This document shows positions 51,105 to 61,638 of a stretch of 64,000 nucleotides of DNA, one piece after another. Under the pieces are notes generated by a model. That model ran no database searches. It was not told the origin of the DNA and saw only the letters and a list, made by a program, of their open reading frames with translations. Made by a program: the position numbers and the translations under genes. This DNA is from an uncultured cyanobacterium (GTDB lineage: Bacteria > Cyanobacteriota > Cyanobacteriia > Cyanobacteriales > CAWUOF01): positions 192,001 to 256,000 of the forward strand of contig CAVUSO010000001.1 in assembly GCA_963744145.1 (NCBI GenBank), read 5' to 3'. Numbering within the stretch: the stretch's first letter is position 1; each line of letters starts with the position of its first letter.

Positions 51105-51962
51105 TTAGCTGCCATGATCACAAAAATCAGGAATGGTCAAAGCGAGCTGATAAATTTGACGACGAGGAAGAGATATTTGTTCAGCTAATTGTTTACTTGC
51201 TTGACTACGAGATATTCCTTGGTTTAATAAAGCTTGTAATTCAGTTTTAATCGCTGCTTCTGATAAGACTGGTGTGACTAAATCGCTCCCGTTAACTACT
51301 AAAGTAAATTCTCCTTGAGGTTCACGGATAGTATAATTAGCGATCGCATCTCTAATTTGACCGCGCCAAAATTCTTCATGTAATTTAGTTAATTCTCTGG
51401 CAATTACTAATAAACGCTCTTGACCGAAATTTTCCGCAAAATCTTGCAGAGTTTGGCGCAAACGATGGGGTGCTTCATAGAAAATTATTGTCCGTTCTTC
51501 CCTTGATAAAATTGTTAATCGTTGCTGTTTTTCTGAAGCTTTAGTTGGTAAAAATCCTTCAAAAATAAACCGATCTGTTGATAATCCTGAGCCAATCAGA
51601 GCAGCGATCGCCGCCGTTGGTCCAGGAATGGGTACAACAGTAATTTCCGCATCAATACAAGCTTTAATTAATTCATAACCAGGATCAGAAATACCGGGCA
51701 TTCCTGCATCAGTAACGAGGGCGATCGATTGTCCAGATTGGAGTTGATTAATAATCGTGGGAATCCGATTTTTCTGATTATGTTCATGGTAACTAATTTG
51801 GGGAGTTTTAATTTGGAAGTGCTGTAATAATTTGCCCGTATGACGGGTATCTTCAGCTGCGATCGCGTCTACTGTTTGCAAAATTCTTACTGCTCGGAAT
51901 GTGATATCTTCCAAGTTACCAATTGGTGTCCCGACTAGATAAAGAATCCCGAACTTATCCAT
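51105..51962 (-). CDS. rsmI: 16S rRNA C1402 2'-O-methyltransferase
   Basis: TPIGNLEDIT, AEDTR, DAGMPGISDPG, RELTKLHEE. Confidence 0.96.
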   Translation of the reverse strand: MDKFGILYLVGTPIGNLEDITFRAVRILQTVDAIAAEDTRHTGKLLQHFQIKTPQISYHEHNQKNRIPTIINQLQSGQSIALVTDAGMPGISDPGYELIKACIDAEITVVPIPGPTAAIAALIGSGLSTDRFIFEGFLPTKASEKQQRLTILSREERTIIFYEAPHRLRQTLQDFAENFGQERLLVIARELTKLHEEFWRGQIRDAIANYTIREPQGEFTLVVNGSDLVTPVLSEAAIKTELQALLNQGISRSQASKQLAEQISLPRRQIYQLALTIPDFCDHGS

Positions 51963-52740
51963 TTGTGCTAAATAATAGAGAACGTATTCCCCAAAATATT
52001 AAATAGGAATCACTTTTAATTTTATCAGTTATCCCGGGAAATAAAACCTGTAAATAATTGCAGATCAATTGATGATCACCACCAGTGACAACGATCGCAC
52101 TCCCTGGAAACTTTTGCTCCCAATCAGTAATAAAATCTCTAATCCCCGCCAAAATAGTATAGATCACTCCACTGTGAATTGCTGTAGCTGTATTTAAAGC
52201 CCACCGATCTGGTAAATATTCAGGTAATTTGAGGGCTGGAAGTAATGCGGTTTCTTGATGGAGTGATTTTAATTGCAAACTTAATCCTGGTAAAATTGCC
52301 CCACCAATCAAACAGCGGTTGTGATCAGCACCAGTAAAAGTTAACGCAGTCCCCGCGTCCAGGACTAAGGTGGGCCATCCCCATTGTTGACCCGCACCCC
52401 AAACTGCGATCGCGCGATCAATTCCCAAAGTAGAATAAACTCCCAATAAAGGAATTTGTTCTAGGGTAATGACGGTAATATGGGGATAATTTTGCCAAAG
52501 TTGGGTTTGAGCGGGAATAACCGAGACTAAATATAAGGGAGTTGAACAGGGAAAAGTTCCCAACTCATGGGAGAATGCTGGTATGCCTGAGTGACAAATA
52601 TTTTGGACTATTTCCTGGTCAAAGTGGGGGGTATCCCAAGCTTGGTGTAGATTAGTACCAGTAAAAGCAGCCCAGTGTAAACGAGAATTGCCAATTATTA
52701 ACGCTAACCAGTGGTGAGGAGGCTTAAACACTAACTTCAC
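51955..52740 (-). CDS. coaX: Type III pantothenate kinase
   Basis: IGNSR, LGIDR, DAGTALT, GGAILPG, TGGD. Confidence 0.92.
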   Translation of the reverse strand: MKLVFKPPHHWLALIIGNSRLHWAAFTGTNLHQAWDTPHFDQEIVQNICHSGIPAFSHELGTFPCSTPLYLVSVIPAQTQLWQNYPHITVITLEQIPLLGVYSTLGIDRAIAVWGAGQQWGWPTLVLDAGTALTFTGADHNRCLIGGAILPGLSLQLKSLHQETALLPALKLPEYLPDRWALNTATAIHSGVIYTILAGIRDFITDWEQKFPGSAIVVTGGDHQLICNYLQVLFPGITDKIKSDSYLIFWGIRSLLFSTNG

Positions 52741-52842
52741 TTATTATAATGATAAAAAAGTATAACTTTACTTAATTACGTTTAGTCAGGCAAGATAGTA
52801 AAGAGAAGAGAAAAACCAACGAGTTGCTCAAAAGGAGACAGA

Positions 52843-54573
52843 ATGATGATAGCGATGACAGAACGAGTTCAACGTAGACTCACAACACAGACTGAGGAAA
52901 TCGCGACCGACACTACAGCAATTCGTACACTAGATTGGGATCGCGATCGCTTTGACATCGAATTTGGGTTGCAAAATGGCACTACCTATAATTCTTTTTT
53001 GATTCGAGGTGAGAAAACTGCATTAGTTGATACCTCCCATGAAAAATTTCGTCAACTCTATCTAGATATTCTCACTGGTTTAATTAACCCAACGGACATC
53101 GATTACATCATTATCAGTCATACCGAACCAGATCATAGTGGTTTGGTGAAAGATGTCCTCCAATTAGCACCTGAAGCAACTGTAGTTGGGTCTAAAATAG
53201 CGATTCAATTTTTAGAAAATTTAACCCATCACGAATTTAAACGTCAGCTCGTTAAAAGTGGTGACCAATTAGATTTGGGTAATGGTCACTTATTAGAATT
53301 TGTATCTGCTCCTAATCTCCATTGGCCTGATACAATTTTTACTTATGATCCCAAAACCCAAACCCTATTTACTTGTGATGCGTTTGGAATGCACTACTGT
53401 GGAGACGATATCTATGATGAAGACTTAGGAGCGATCGAGGAAGATTATCATTTTTATTATGAGTGCTTAATGGCTCCCAATGCTCGGTCTGTCTTAAGTG
53501 CAATGAAACGGATGGAAGAATTGGGAGAAATTACGACGATCGCTACGGGTCATGGTCCGCTGCTGCGTCACAATCTGCTCGAACTAACCGGACGCTATAA
53601 AAAATGGAGTCAAGCCCAAACTAAAGCCGAAACTACAGTAGCAGTATTTTATGTGTCTGATTATGGCTATAGCGATCGCCTGAGTCAAGCGATCGCTCAT
53701 GGGGTGACGAAAACTGGTGTAGCAGTAGAAATGATGGATTTACGCACTGCTGAACCCCAAGAAGCAAGAGAATTAGTCCAAATGGCTGCTGGTTTAGTAA
53801 TTTGTGTCCCACCCATTACCGGGACTATCGGTGCTAGTTCTGAAGCAGCAATCAACACAATTTTAGCAACAGTTAATAGTAAACAAACCATCGGTTTGTG
53901 TGAATCTGGAGGTGGTGATGACTTATCTGTGTATCCACTACGCAACAAATTTAAAGAATTAGGATTAAAAGAAGCATTCCCAGCTATTTTGCTGAAAGAA
54001 CCTCCTACAGAAATCACCTATCAATTATGTGATGAAGCTGGGACTGACCTCGGTCAATGGTTGACCAAAGAGAAAACTGTTAAGCAAATGAAATCCCTAG
54101 ACAGTGAACTCGATAAAGCTTTAGGACGGGTGAGCGGTGGATTATATATTATCACTGCTAAAAAAGGGGATGTGAGTAGTGCTATGTTAGCTTCTTGGGT
54201 AGTCCAAGCCAGTTTTCAACCTTTAGGATTAACGATCGCTGTAGCGAAAGACCGTGCGATTGAATCGTTAATGCACATAGAAGATAAGTTTGTTTTAAAT
54301 GTCCTATCTGATAATAATTATCAAGCTCTGATGAAGCACTTCTTAAAGCGGTTTCCTCCCGGAGCCGATCGATTTGCGGATATCAAGACTCAACCAGCTA
54401 GCAATGGTTGTCCGATTTTAACTGATGCTTTAGCTTATTTAGAATGTGAAGTAGTGAGTCGGATGGAATTGACAGACCATCATATTGTTTACGCTCAAGT
54501 TGACACTGGACGAGTCAGCGATCCCAATGGAACACCCGCAGTTCACCATCGGAAAGTTGGTAATCACTACTAA
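52843..54573 (+). CDS. flv3: Flavodiiron protein, Flv3-type
   Basis: SHTEPDH canonical di-iron ligands, HWPD, flavodoxin and flavin reductase domains. Confidence 0.85.
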   Translation: MMIAMTERVQRRLTTQTEEIATDTTAIRTLDWDRDRFDIEFGLQNGTTYNSFLIRGEKTALVDTSHEKFRQLYLDILTGLINPTDIDYIIISHTEPDHSGLVKDVLQLAPEATVVGSKIAIQFLENLTHHEFKRQLVKSGDQLDLGNGHLLEFVSAPNLHWPDTIFTYDPKTQTLFTCDAFGMHYCGDDIYDEDLGAIEEDYHFYYECLMAPNARSVLSAMKRMEELGEITTIATGHGPLLRHNLLELTGRYKKWSQAQTKAETTVAVFYVSDYGYSDRLSQAIAHGVTKTGVAVEMMDLRTAEPQEARELVQMAAGLVICVPPITGTIGASSEAAINTILATVNSKQTIGLCESGGGDDLSVYPLRNKFKELGLKEAFPAILLKEPPTEITYQLCDEAGTDLGQWLTKEKTVKQMKSLDSELDKALGRVSGGLYIITAKKGDVSSAMLASWVVQASFQPLGLTIAVAKDRAIESLMHIEDKFVLNVLSDNNYQALMKHFLKRFPPGADRFADIKTQPASNGCPILTDALAYLECEVVSRMELTDHHIVYAQVDTGRVSDPNGTPAVHHRKVGNHY

Positions 54574-54589
54574 ATTAGGTACTTAACCA

Positions 54590-56317
54590 ATGTTAGAAAC
54601 TCAACAGAAACGGGATGTCCAAGTATTGAGGGTTGGTGCTGATACCACAGTCTTGCGATCGCGTACTTGGGATCGGCTCAAATTCGAGGTGGAATATTCA
54701 CTCCAAAAGGGCACTACAGCTAACAGTTATCTCATTACAGCAGATAAAATTGCCATCATCGATCCTCCTGGTGAATCTTTTACCGAGAATTATCTCACCA
54801 CCCTCAAAGAGCGGATTGATTTACACCAGATCAATTATCTGATTTTGGGACATTTTAATGCTAATCGCGGAGTCACCTTAAAAACGCTCTTAGAGTTAGC
54901 ACCCCAACTGAATTTTATTTGCTCAAAACCTGCTGAAATCTCTTTAAGAGCAGCGTTTCCTGACTACAATTTGTCAATTAATGTGATTCGAGGTGAAGAA
55001 ATTCTGGATTTAGGTAGGGGTCATCTATTACAATTTATCACTACCCCAACTCCTCGCTGGCCCGATGGTCTTTGTACTTATGACCCAGCTACAGGGATTA
55101 TCTATAGTGATAAATTTTATGGAGCTCATGTTTGTGGTGATCAAATATTTGATGAAGGTTGGGAAACCTACAGCGAAGACCGACGCTTTTATTATGATTG
55201 CTTACACGCATCCCAAACTAAACAAGTGCTAGCAGCATTGGACAAATTAGCCAATTTATCTCCAGCTAAGTTTTATGCTCCTGGTCATGGACCAATAGTC
55301 CGATATGGATTCACGGAACTGACCCATCTTTATCGTCACTGGAGTCAACAGCAAAATACTAAGGACTTGACAGTAGCGCTAGTTTATGCTTCAGCCTATG
55401 GGAATACCGCGACAATTGCTCAAGCTTTAGCGAAAGGGATTACCAAAGCAGGAGTAGCAGTAGAATTAATTAACTGTGAATCTGCTGAACCTGCGGAGAT
55501 TCAAACTGCGATCGAAAAATGTGATGGTTTTATTATTGGTTCTCCGACTCTAGCAGGACATACTCCGACCCAAGTTAATACAGCACTAGGAATTATTTTA
55601 TCTACTGCGGCTAAAAACAAACTAGCTGGAGTATTTGGATCTTATGGTTGGAGTGGAGAAGCAGTTGATTTCATTGAAAGTAAATTGCTTGATGCTGGTT
55701 ACAAAATGGGTTTTGAACCGATTCGGGTGAAATTTAAACCCAATGATCTCATCTTACAAGAGTGCAAAGAAATTGGTACGGACTTCGCCCAATCTTTGCG
55801 AAAGTCCCAAAAACTCCGCACACCTCGCTCTTCAGTTAATTCTACACAAGCCGATCGCACGGAACAAGCAGCAGGACGAATTGTCGGTCCTCTTTGTGTT
55901 GTCTCTGGGAAACGGGGAGATGTAACTAGTGCGATGTTAGCTTCTTGGGTATCCCAAGCGACTTTTAATCCCCCAGGAATTACCGTAGCAGTTGCTAAGG
56001 AGCGCAGTATTGAAGCACTGATGCACAAAGGGGATCAATTCGTTTTAAACATTTTGGCAGAAGGTAAACAGCTCCGCAAGCATTTTATGAAGACATTTAA
56101 TCCTGGGGAAGATCGTTTTGTTGGGTTAAACACCCAGGAATCTCAAAATGGTTGTCCAATTTTAATGGATGCTCTAGCTTATTTAGAATGTCAGGTAGAA
56201 ACCAGGATGGAATGTGGTGATCACTGGATAGTTTATGCGATCGTCAAGAATGGTCATTTGCTCCAATCAACTGGAGTAACAGCAGTTCACTATCGCAAAT
56301 CTGGTAGTCATTATTAA
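54590..56317 (+). CDS. flv1: Flavodiiron protein, Flv1-type
   Basis: RSRTWDRLKFE, non-canonical GHFNANR/RWPD/SDKF ligands. Confidence 0.85.
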   Translation: MLETQQKRDVQVLRVGADTTVLRSRTWDRLKFEVEYSLQKGTTANSYLITADKIAIIDPPGESFTENYLTTLKERIDLHQINYLILGHFNANRGVTLKTLLELAPQLNFICSKPAEISLRAAFPDYNLSINVIRGEEILDLGRGHLLQFITTPTPRWPDGLCTYDPATGIIYSDKFYGAHVCGDQIFDEGWETYSEDRRFYYDCLHASQTKQVLAALDKLANLSPAKFYAPGHGPIVRYGFTELTHLYRHWSQQQNTKDLTVALVYASAYGNTATIAQALAKGITKAGVAVELINCESAEPAEIQTAIEKCDGFIIGSPTLAGHTPTQVNTALGIILSTAAKNKLAGVFGSYGWSGEAVDFIESKLLDAGYKMGFEPIRVKFKPNDLILQECKEIGTDFAQSLRKSQKLRTPRSSVNSTQADRTEQAAGRIVGPLCVVSGKRGDVTSAMLASWVSQATFNPPGITVAVAKERSIEALMHKGDQFVLNILAEGKQLRKHFMKTFNPGEDRFVGLNTQESQNGCPILMDALAYLECQVETRMECGDHWIVYAIVKNGHLLQSTGVTAVHYRKSGSHY

Positions 56318-56370
56318 CTAGATTAGGGGCGAATCTTGCGCCCCTAAATTAACACTATATTTTAATACAG

Positions 56371-56492
56371 TAGACTTCTTGCAAAAATAACTAGGACAGG
56401 CAAGATGCCTGTCCCACAACAAAAAAACTCTTGTGGGACAGGCATCTTGCCTGTCCAGTAAATTGATCACCACGACTTTTGCAAGAGGTCTA
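56371..56492. mobile_element. ~120 bp MITE with long internal hairpin
   Basis: TIRs TAGACTTCTTGCAAAA / TTTTGCAAGAGGTCTA; internal GGACAGGCAAGATGCCTGTCCCACAA inverted pair. Confidence 0.8.
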
Positions 56493-56776
56493 GTTTAGTT
56501 AACTGAACGGAATTGGATTATAATATAATTAATACCAAATTATTTTCAAAATATTCCAGAGGTAGTAGATTATATTCAGATTAAGAAGTTTAGACCTACA
56601 TGACTTAATTATTTAAGTAATGATTGTGATTAGTCTATGATTAGTCTATGCTCTGATTGGCTGAATATAGCGATTAGCGATCGCTGTCCCAATCCGGTTG
56701 GAACATTTAATTTTTGTCCACGTCTAACTAATCACAGCCCAATCAATTTGTTATCCTGTACAATCTACCCTTTTTT

Positions 56777-58030
56777 ATGATGTTTAAAAATTACTGGCGC
56801 ACTGGAACTGCTACTTTTGCAGCTTTGGGAATCATTGCTGGGGCTGCGACACCTATTATTGCACCTGCACCTGCTTTTGCTCAAACCTCTTTTTCTGATG
56901 TTTCCTCTGGCTATTGGGCCCAAGGATTTATTCAAGCTCTAGCAGCACGTAACATTATTGCTGGTTTTCCCGATGGTACTTTTAAACCTGATGCTCCGGT
57001 AACTAGGGCCCAGTTTGCCGCGATCGTTAATAAAGCTTTTCAACAATCCCAAATTCGTAGTGCGATCAACTTTAATGATGTAGCAAGTAGCTATTGGGCT
57101 TATAGCGCCATTAATAATGCTTATCAAATGGCATTTATGAGCGGATATCCGAATAATCTGTTTCAACCGGATCAAAATATTACTCGCGCTCAAGCTTTAG
57201 TAGCTTTGGCTAGTGGTTTAAATTATACCACTTCCACTCCAACTTCAAGTCTTTTACAGACTTACACTGATGCGGCTAATATTCCTAGTTATGCGACAGA
57301 TAAAATCGCTGCTGCTACTCAGAAACAGATTGTCGTTAACTATCCTAGTGTTAATAATCTAAATCCCACTCAAAATGCTACTCGTGCGGATGTAGCAGCT
57401 TTTGTTTACCAAGCATTGGTCAATAATGGCACTGTTCAAGCTATTTCTTCCCCCTATATTGTCGTCGCTCAAGGTACTCAATCCTTACCCCAACCTCAAC
57501 AAAACATAATTCCCGCTGGAACCACAATTCCTGTTAGCTATAGTAAGAGTCAAATTCTGGTTGCTCCCAATGAACCTAACCCCGTACCTGTAACTTTGAC
57601 AGTTGCTCAAAATCTGGTTTCTTCTCAAGGAACGGTACTAGTTCCATCGGGTTCTCAGGTAGTTGGTGAAATCCGTACAACATCCAACGGTGCTCAGTTT
57701 TTTGCGAAACAATTAGTGCTAGCTAATGGTCAACAACTAGCAATTAATGCTACTTCTGGTGTAGTTACCACCACTCAACAAGTTAACAAAGGTCTTGATG
57801 TGCTAGCACTGGTTAGAAATGCGGCAATTGGTGCAGGAGCAGCAGCGGTAATTGCTGGTGTGACTGGTAATAAATCTATTGCTACGGAAAAAGTCCTGCT
57901 TGGTGCTGGTGTGACTACCGTATTAAGTCTGCTTGGTGTTTTACCCGCTCAGGATAAAGCTACTTTAATCTCGATTAATCCTAATAATGATTTGACTCTG
58001 AAATTAAATTCTGATTTGGTGTTGAATTAG
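56777..58030 (+). CDS. S-layer homology (SLH) domain protein
   Basis: Signal peptide; FSDV..YWA, GFPDGTFKPDAPVTRAQFA, TRAQ, TRAD. Confidence 0.92.
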   Translation: MMFKNYWRTGTATFAALGIIAGAATPIIAPAPAFAQTSFSDVSSGYWAQGFIQALAARNIIAGFPDGTFKPDAPVTRAQFAAIVNKAFQQSQIRSAINFNDVASSYWAYSAINNAYQMAFMSGYPNNLFQPDQNITRAQALVALASGLNYTTSTPTSSLLQTYTDAANIPSYATDKIAAATQKQIVVNYPSVNNLNPTQNATRADVAAFVYQALVNNGTVQAISSPYIVVAQGTQSLPQPQQNIIPAGTTIPVSYSKSQILVAPNEPNPVPVTLTVAQNLVSSQGTVLVPSGSQVVGEIRTTSNGAQFFAKQLVLANGQQLAINATSGVVTTTQQVNKGLDVLALVRNAAIGAGAAAVIAGVTGNKSIATEKVLLGAGVTTVLSLLGVLPAQDKATLISINPNNDLTLKLNSDLVLN

Positions 58031-58108
58031 TCGATCGCGACCTGGTTTAGTTAAGTAGTGCATAGTTCATGGATGATTTCCCATCTTGCCATGAACTATA
58101 GCATCCTC

Positions 58109-60082
58109 GTAGGGGCAAAGCATTTCGGCGCATAAATGATTGCTGGAGCGAAAAATAATATTACCGAAATGCTTTGCCCTCGGTATCTATGCAACCAACA
58201 GATCAACTAGATATTACAATCCATTCAGTTAAGAATTTTTGGGGAGCGATCGGCACAGAATAAGAAGAAGGGCGAAGCATTCGGATCTAATATTGCTGGT
58301 TTGATTGCTCAATTATCGCCCGAATGCTTCGCTCCTACAGCCTATTGATCGGCAAGCGATCGCTGATTAAATACCAATCCAGTTCAGTTTCTTGTAGGGG
58401 CAAAGCATTTCGGCACATAAATGATGGCTGAAGCGAAGGATAATATTACCGAAATGCTTTGCCCTCACCATCTATGCAACCAACAGATCAACTAGATATT
58501 ACAATCCATTCAGTTAAGAATTTTTTGGGAACTCGGCGCAGAAGAAGGGCGAAGCATTCGGATCTAATATTGCGGCTTGATTGTTCAATTATCGCCCGAA
58601 TGCTTCGCCCCTACAACCTATTGATCGGCAAGCGATCGCTGATTAAATACCAATCCAGTTCAGTTCCTCGTAGGGGCAAAGCATTTCGGCGCATAAATGA
58701 TTGCTGAAGCGAAAAATAATATTACCGAAATGCTTTGCCCTCGGTATCTATGCAACCAACAGATCAACTAGATATTACAATCCATTCAGTTAAGAATTTT
58801 TGGGGAGCTCGGCGCAGAATAAGAAGAAGGGCGAAGCATTCGGATCTAATATTGCTGGTTTGATTGTTCAATTATCGCCCGAATGCTTCGCCCCTACAAC
58901 CTATTGATCGGCAAGCGATCGCTGATTAAATACCAATCCAGTTCAGTTACTTGTAGGGGCAAAGCATTTCGGCGCATAAATAATTGCTGAAGCGAAGAAT
59001 AATATTACCGAAATGCTTTGCCCTCACCATCTATGCAACCAACAGATTAACTGAATATTACAATACATTCAGTTAAGAATTTTTTGGGAAGCTGGCGCAG
59101 AAGAAGGGCGAAGCATTCGGATCTAATATTGCTGGTTTGATTGTTCAATTATCGCCCGAATGCTTCGCCCCTACAACCTATTGATCGGTAAGCGATCGCT
59201 GATTAAATACCAATCCAGTTCAGTTACTTGTAGGGGCAAAGCATTTCGGCGCATAAATAATTGCTGAAGCGAAGGATAATATTACCGAAATGCTTTGCCC
59301 TCACCATCTATGCAACCAACAGATCAACTAGATATTACAATCCATTCAGTTAAGAATTTTTGGGGAGCTCGGCGCAGAATAAGAAGAAGGGCGAAGCATT
59401 CGGATCTAATATTGCTGGTTTGATTGTTCAATTATCGCCCGAATGCTTCGCCCCTACAACCTATTGATCGGCAAGCGATCGCTGATTAAATACCAATCCA
59501 GTTCAGTTACTTGTAGGGGCAAAGCATTTGGGCGCATAAATGATGGCTGAAGCGAAGGATAATATTACCGAAATGCTTTGCCCTCACCATCTATGCAACC
59601 AACAGATTAACTGAATATTACAATACATTCAGTTAAGAATTTTTTGGGAGCTCGGCGCAGAAGAAGGGCGAAGCATTCGGATCTAATATTGCTGCCCTTC
59701 GACTACGCTCAGGGTAAAGTTTGATTGTTCAATTATCGCCCGAATGCTTCGCCCCTACAACCTATTGATCGGTAAGCGATCGCTGATTAAATACCAATCC
59801 AGTTCAGTTACTTGTAGGGGCAAAGCATTTCGGCGCATAAATGATGGCTGAAGCGAAGGATAATATTACCGAAATGCTTTGCCCTCACCATCTATGCAAC
59901 CAACAGATCAACTAGATATTACAATCCATTCAGTTAAGAATTTTTGGGGAGCTCGGCGCAGAAGAAGGGCGAAGCATTCGGATCTAATATTGCGGCTTGA
60001 TTGCTCAATTATCGCCCGAATGCTATGCCTCCGGCACGCTGTCGCGAACGCCCCTACACCCTATTGATCGGCAAGCGATCGC
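58109..60082. repeat. Tandem array of seven ~280 bp double-hairpin units
   Basis: GTAGGGGCAAAGCATT unit starts at 58109, 58394, 58670, 58953, 59230, 59513, 59814. Confidence 0.97.
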
Positions 60083-60210
60083 ACCGGAAGAGATAACAGT
60101 TAAATGCGATCGCTAATATACTATTTATTAAATTGGATTAATTTTGTGAATGGCGATCGCTGCGGACAATTAGGGACAAAGAATTATCTTTTATAATATA
60201 CTATTATTCT

Positions 60211-61347
60211 ATGAGTTTTGTTCCCCGCTTCTCATACAACCACAGTCTGGTTAGACATTTAGGACTCATCAAGGGTGCGCGGGCTGTCATTGAGGTGTTA
60301 CCGCTACCACCTGATACGACTCTGCGTCTGCGCCATGATGCTTTGCAAAGAAGTACGCGCAGCTCGACTCAAATTGAGGGTAATCCCTTAGATGAAGCGG
60401 CGGTGCGACGTGCGATCGCCAGGAGTGATCGCACGGGAAGTGATGCTGAACAGGAAGTACGCAATTATTGGCGGGCGCTTGACTACGTTGAGGAATTTGC
60501 CGAAGCCCAAACCCCGATTACAGAAGCATTTATCAAAGAACTGCACCGGATTGTCATCGTGCGCGGTCGCGGACGACGGGGTAGCAAAAGCGAATATCGC
60601 ATAACTGAATGTCCAGTGGTGGATACAGTCACGCGGGCGATCGATTACGCTCCACCTGAACCAGGGGATGTACCCGTTCTGATGCGGGAATTAGTCGATT
60701 GGCTATCTTCAACAACGGTAGGAGAATTGTCAGCCCCGATCCGTGCTGCTATCCTTACCCACCGCTTTCTCAGCATTCACCCATTTAATGATGGAAACGG
60801 TCGCACAGGGAGACTGATAGCTACTGCTGAACTCTGGCGTTCTGGCTACCGAATGCGAGGGTTTTTCTCGTTTGATGAGTATTTTAATGCCGATCGCGAT
60901 CGCTATTATCGCTCTTTGCAAATGGGACTACCAGTGAATTTCTATGAAGGTCGTCACGATCCTGACCACACACCCTGGCTGCTTTATTTTGTGGAGACGA
61001 TGGCCCGTGCAGCGGATGAACTACAAGCTCAAGCTAAGTCCCTTTATCAAGGCACTGCTCCTGATGCCCTACCCTGGGAAGAATTGCCACGTCGTTCTCA
61101 GCAACTCCTCACCAGACTGTTGGCAAGAGTTCTAGATCAAGTTGAAAATCCTTTTGTGATTGACGTTTCAGATGTTGCATCCTGGTTTGGTATTTCGGAC
61201 AAGACGGCTCGTGAATGGCTGCAAGAATGGACTGCTGGTGGTTTGATCGCTCCGGTTTTGGTGGGTTCTGGGGCAAGAGTCCGCAATTACACACTGGTGG
61301 AGGAGTGGATCTCGGCTTGTTTCAAAATAAGGGAATCAGTTTCGTAA
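60211..61347 (+). CDS. Fic-family protein (class II, autoinhibitory motif) with probable C-terminal HTH
   Basis: HPFNDGNGRTGR Fic motif; STQIEGN inhibitory motif. Confidence 0.92.
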   Translation: MSFVPRFSYNHSLVRHLGLIKGARAVIEVLPLPPDTTLRLRHDALQRSTRSSTQIEGNPLDEAAVRRAIARSDRTGSDAEQEVRNYWRALDYVEEFAEAQTPITEAFIKELHRIVIVRGRGRRGSKSEYRITECPVVDTVTRAIDYAPPEPGDVPVLMRELVDWLSSTTVGELSAPIRAAILTHRFLSIHPFNDGNGRTGRLIATAELWRSGYRMRGFFSFDEYFNADRDRYYRSLQMGLPVNFYEGRHDPDHTPWLLYFVETMARAADELQAQAKSLYQGTAPDALPWEELPRRSQQLLTRLLARVLDQVENPFVIDVSDVASWFGISDKTAREWLQEWTAGGLIAPVLVGSGARVRNYTLVEEWISACFKIRESVS

Positions 61348-61638
61348 AATAGCGGAAGTGAATTTGGGGAAATTACCCCTTATTTTAGGGGGACGTTACG
61401 AATTTACAAGGGTTTCAGCTATTATGACTCCAAAAATAACGGAAGTAGGTGTGGAAAAATAACGCCTATTTAGTCGGTGGTTAGCAGTGCGATCGCCAAA
61501 TAAAATCGGCTCTCACAACCTAGCAAAAACTCAAGGGATTTAATCACTATATGTGATGGCTAAATTTCTATAACATAGGTATTATAAACATTAACCTACC
61601 AATTAACTACTTAATGAAAATTATGGGAAAAGCAGATT

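Noticed and set aside
58459-60067. Small ORFs 58459..58707 and 59879..60067
   Set aside because: Chance readings through the repeat unit; frames are not maintained across units
58109-60082. CRISPR array interpretation of the tandem repeat
   Set aside because: Units are ~280 bp and near-identical throughout, with no unique spacers and no cas genes in the window
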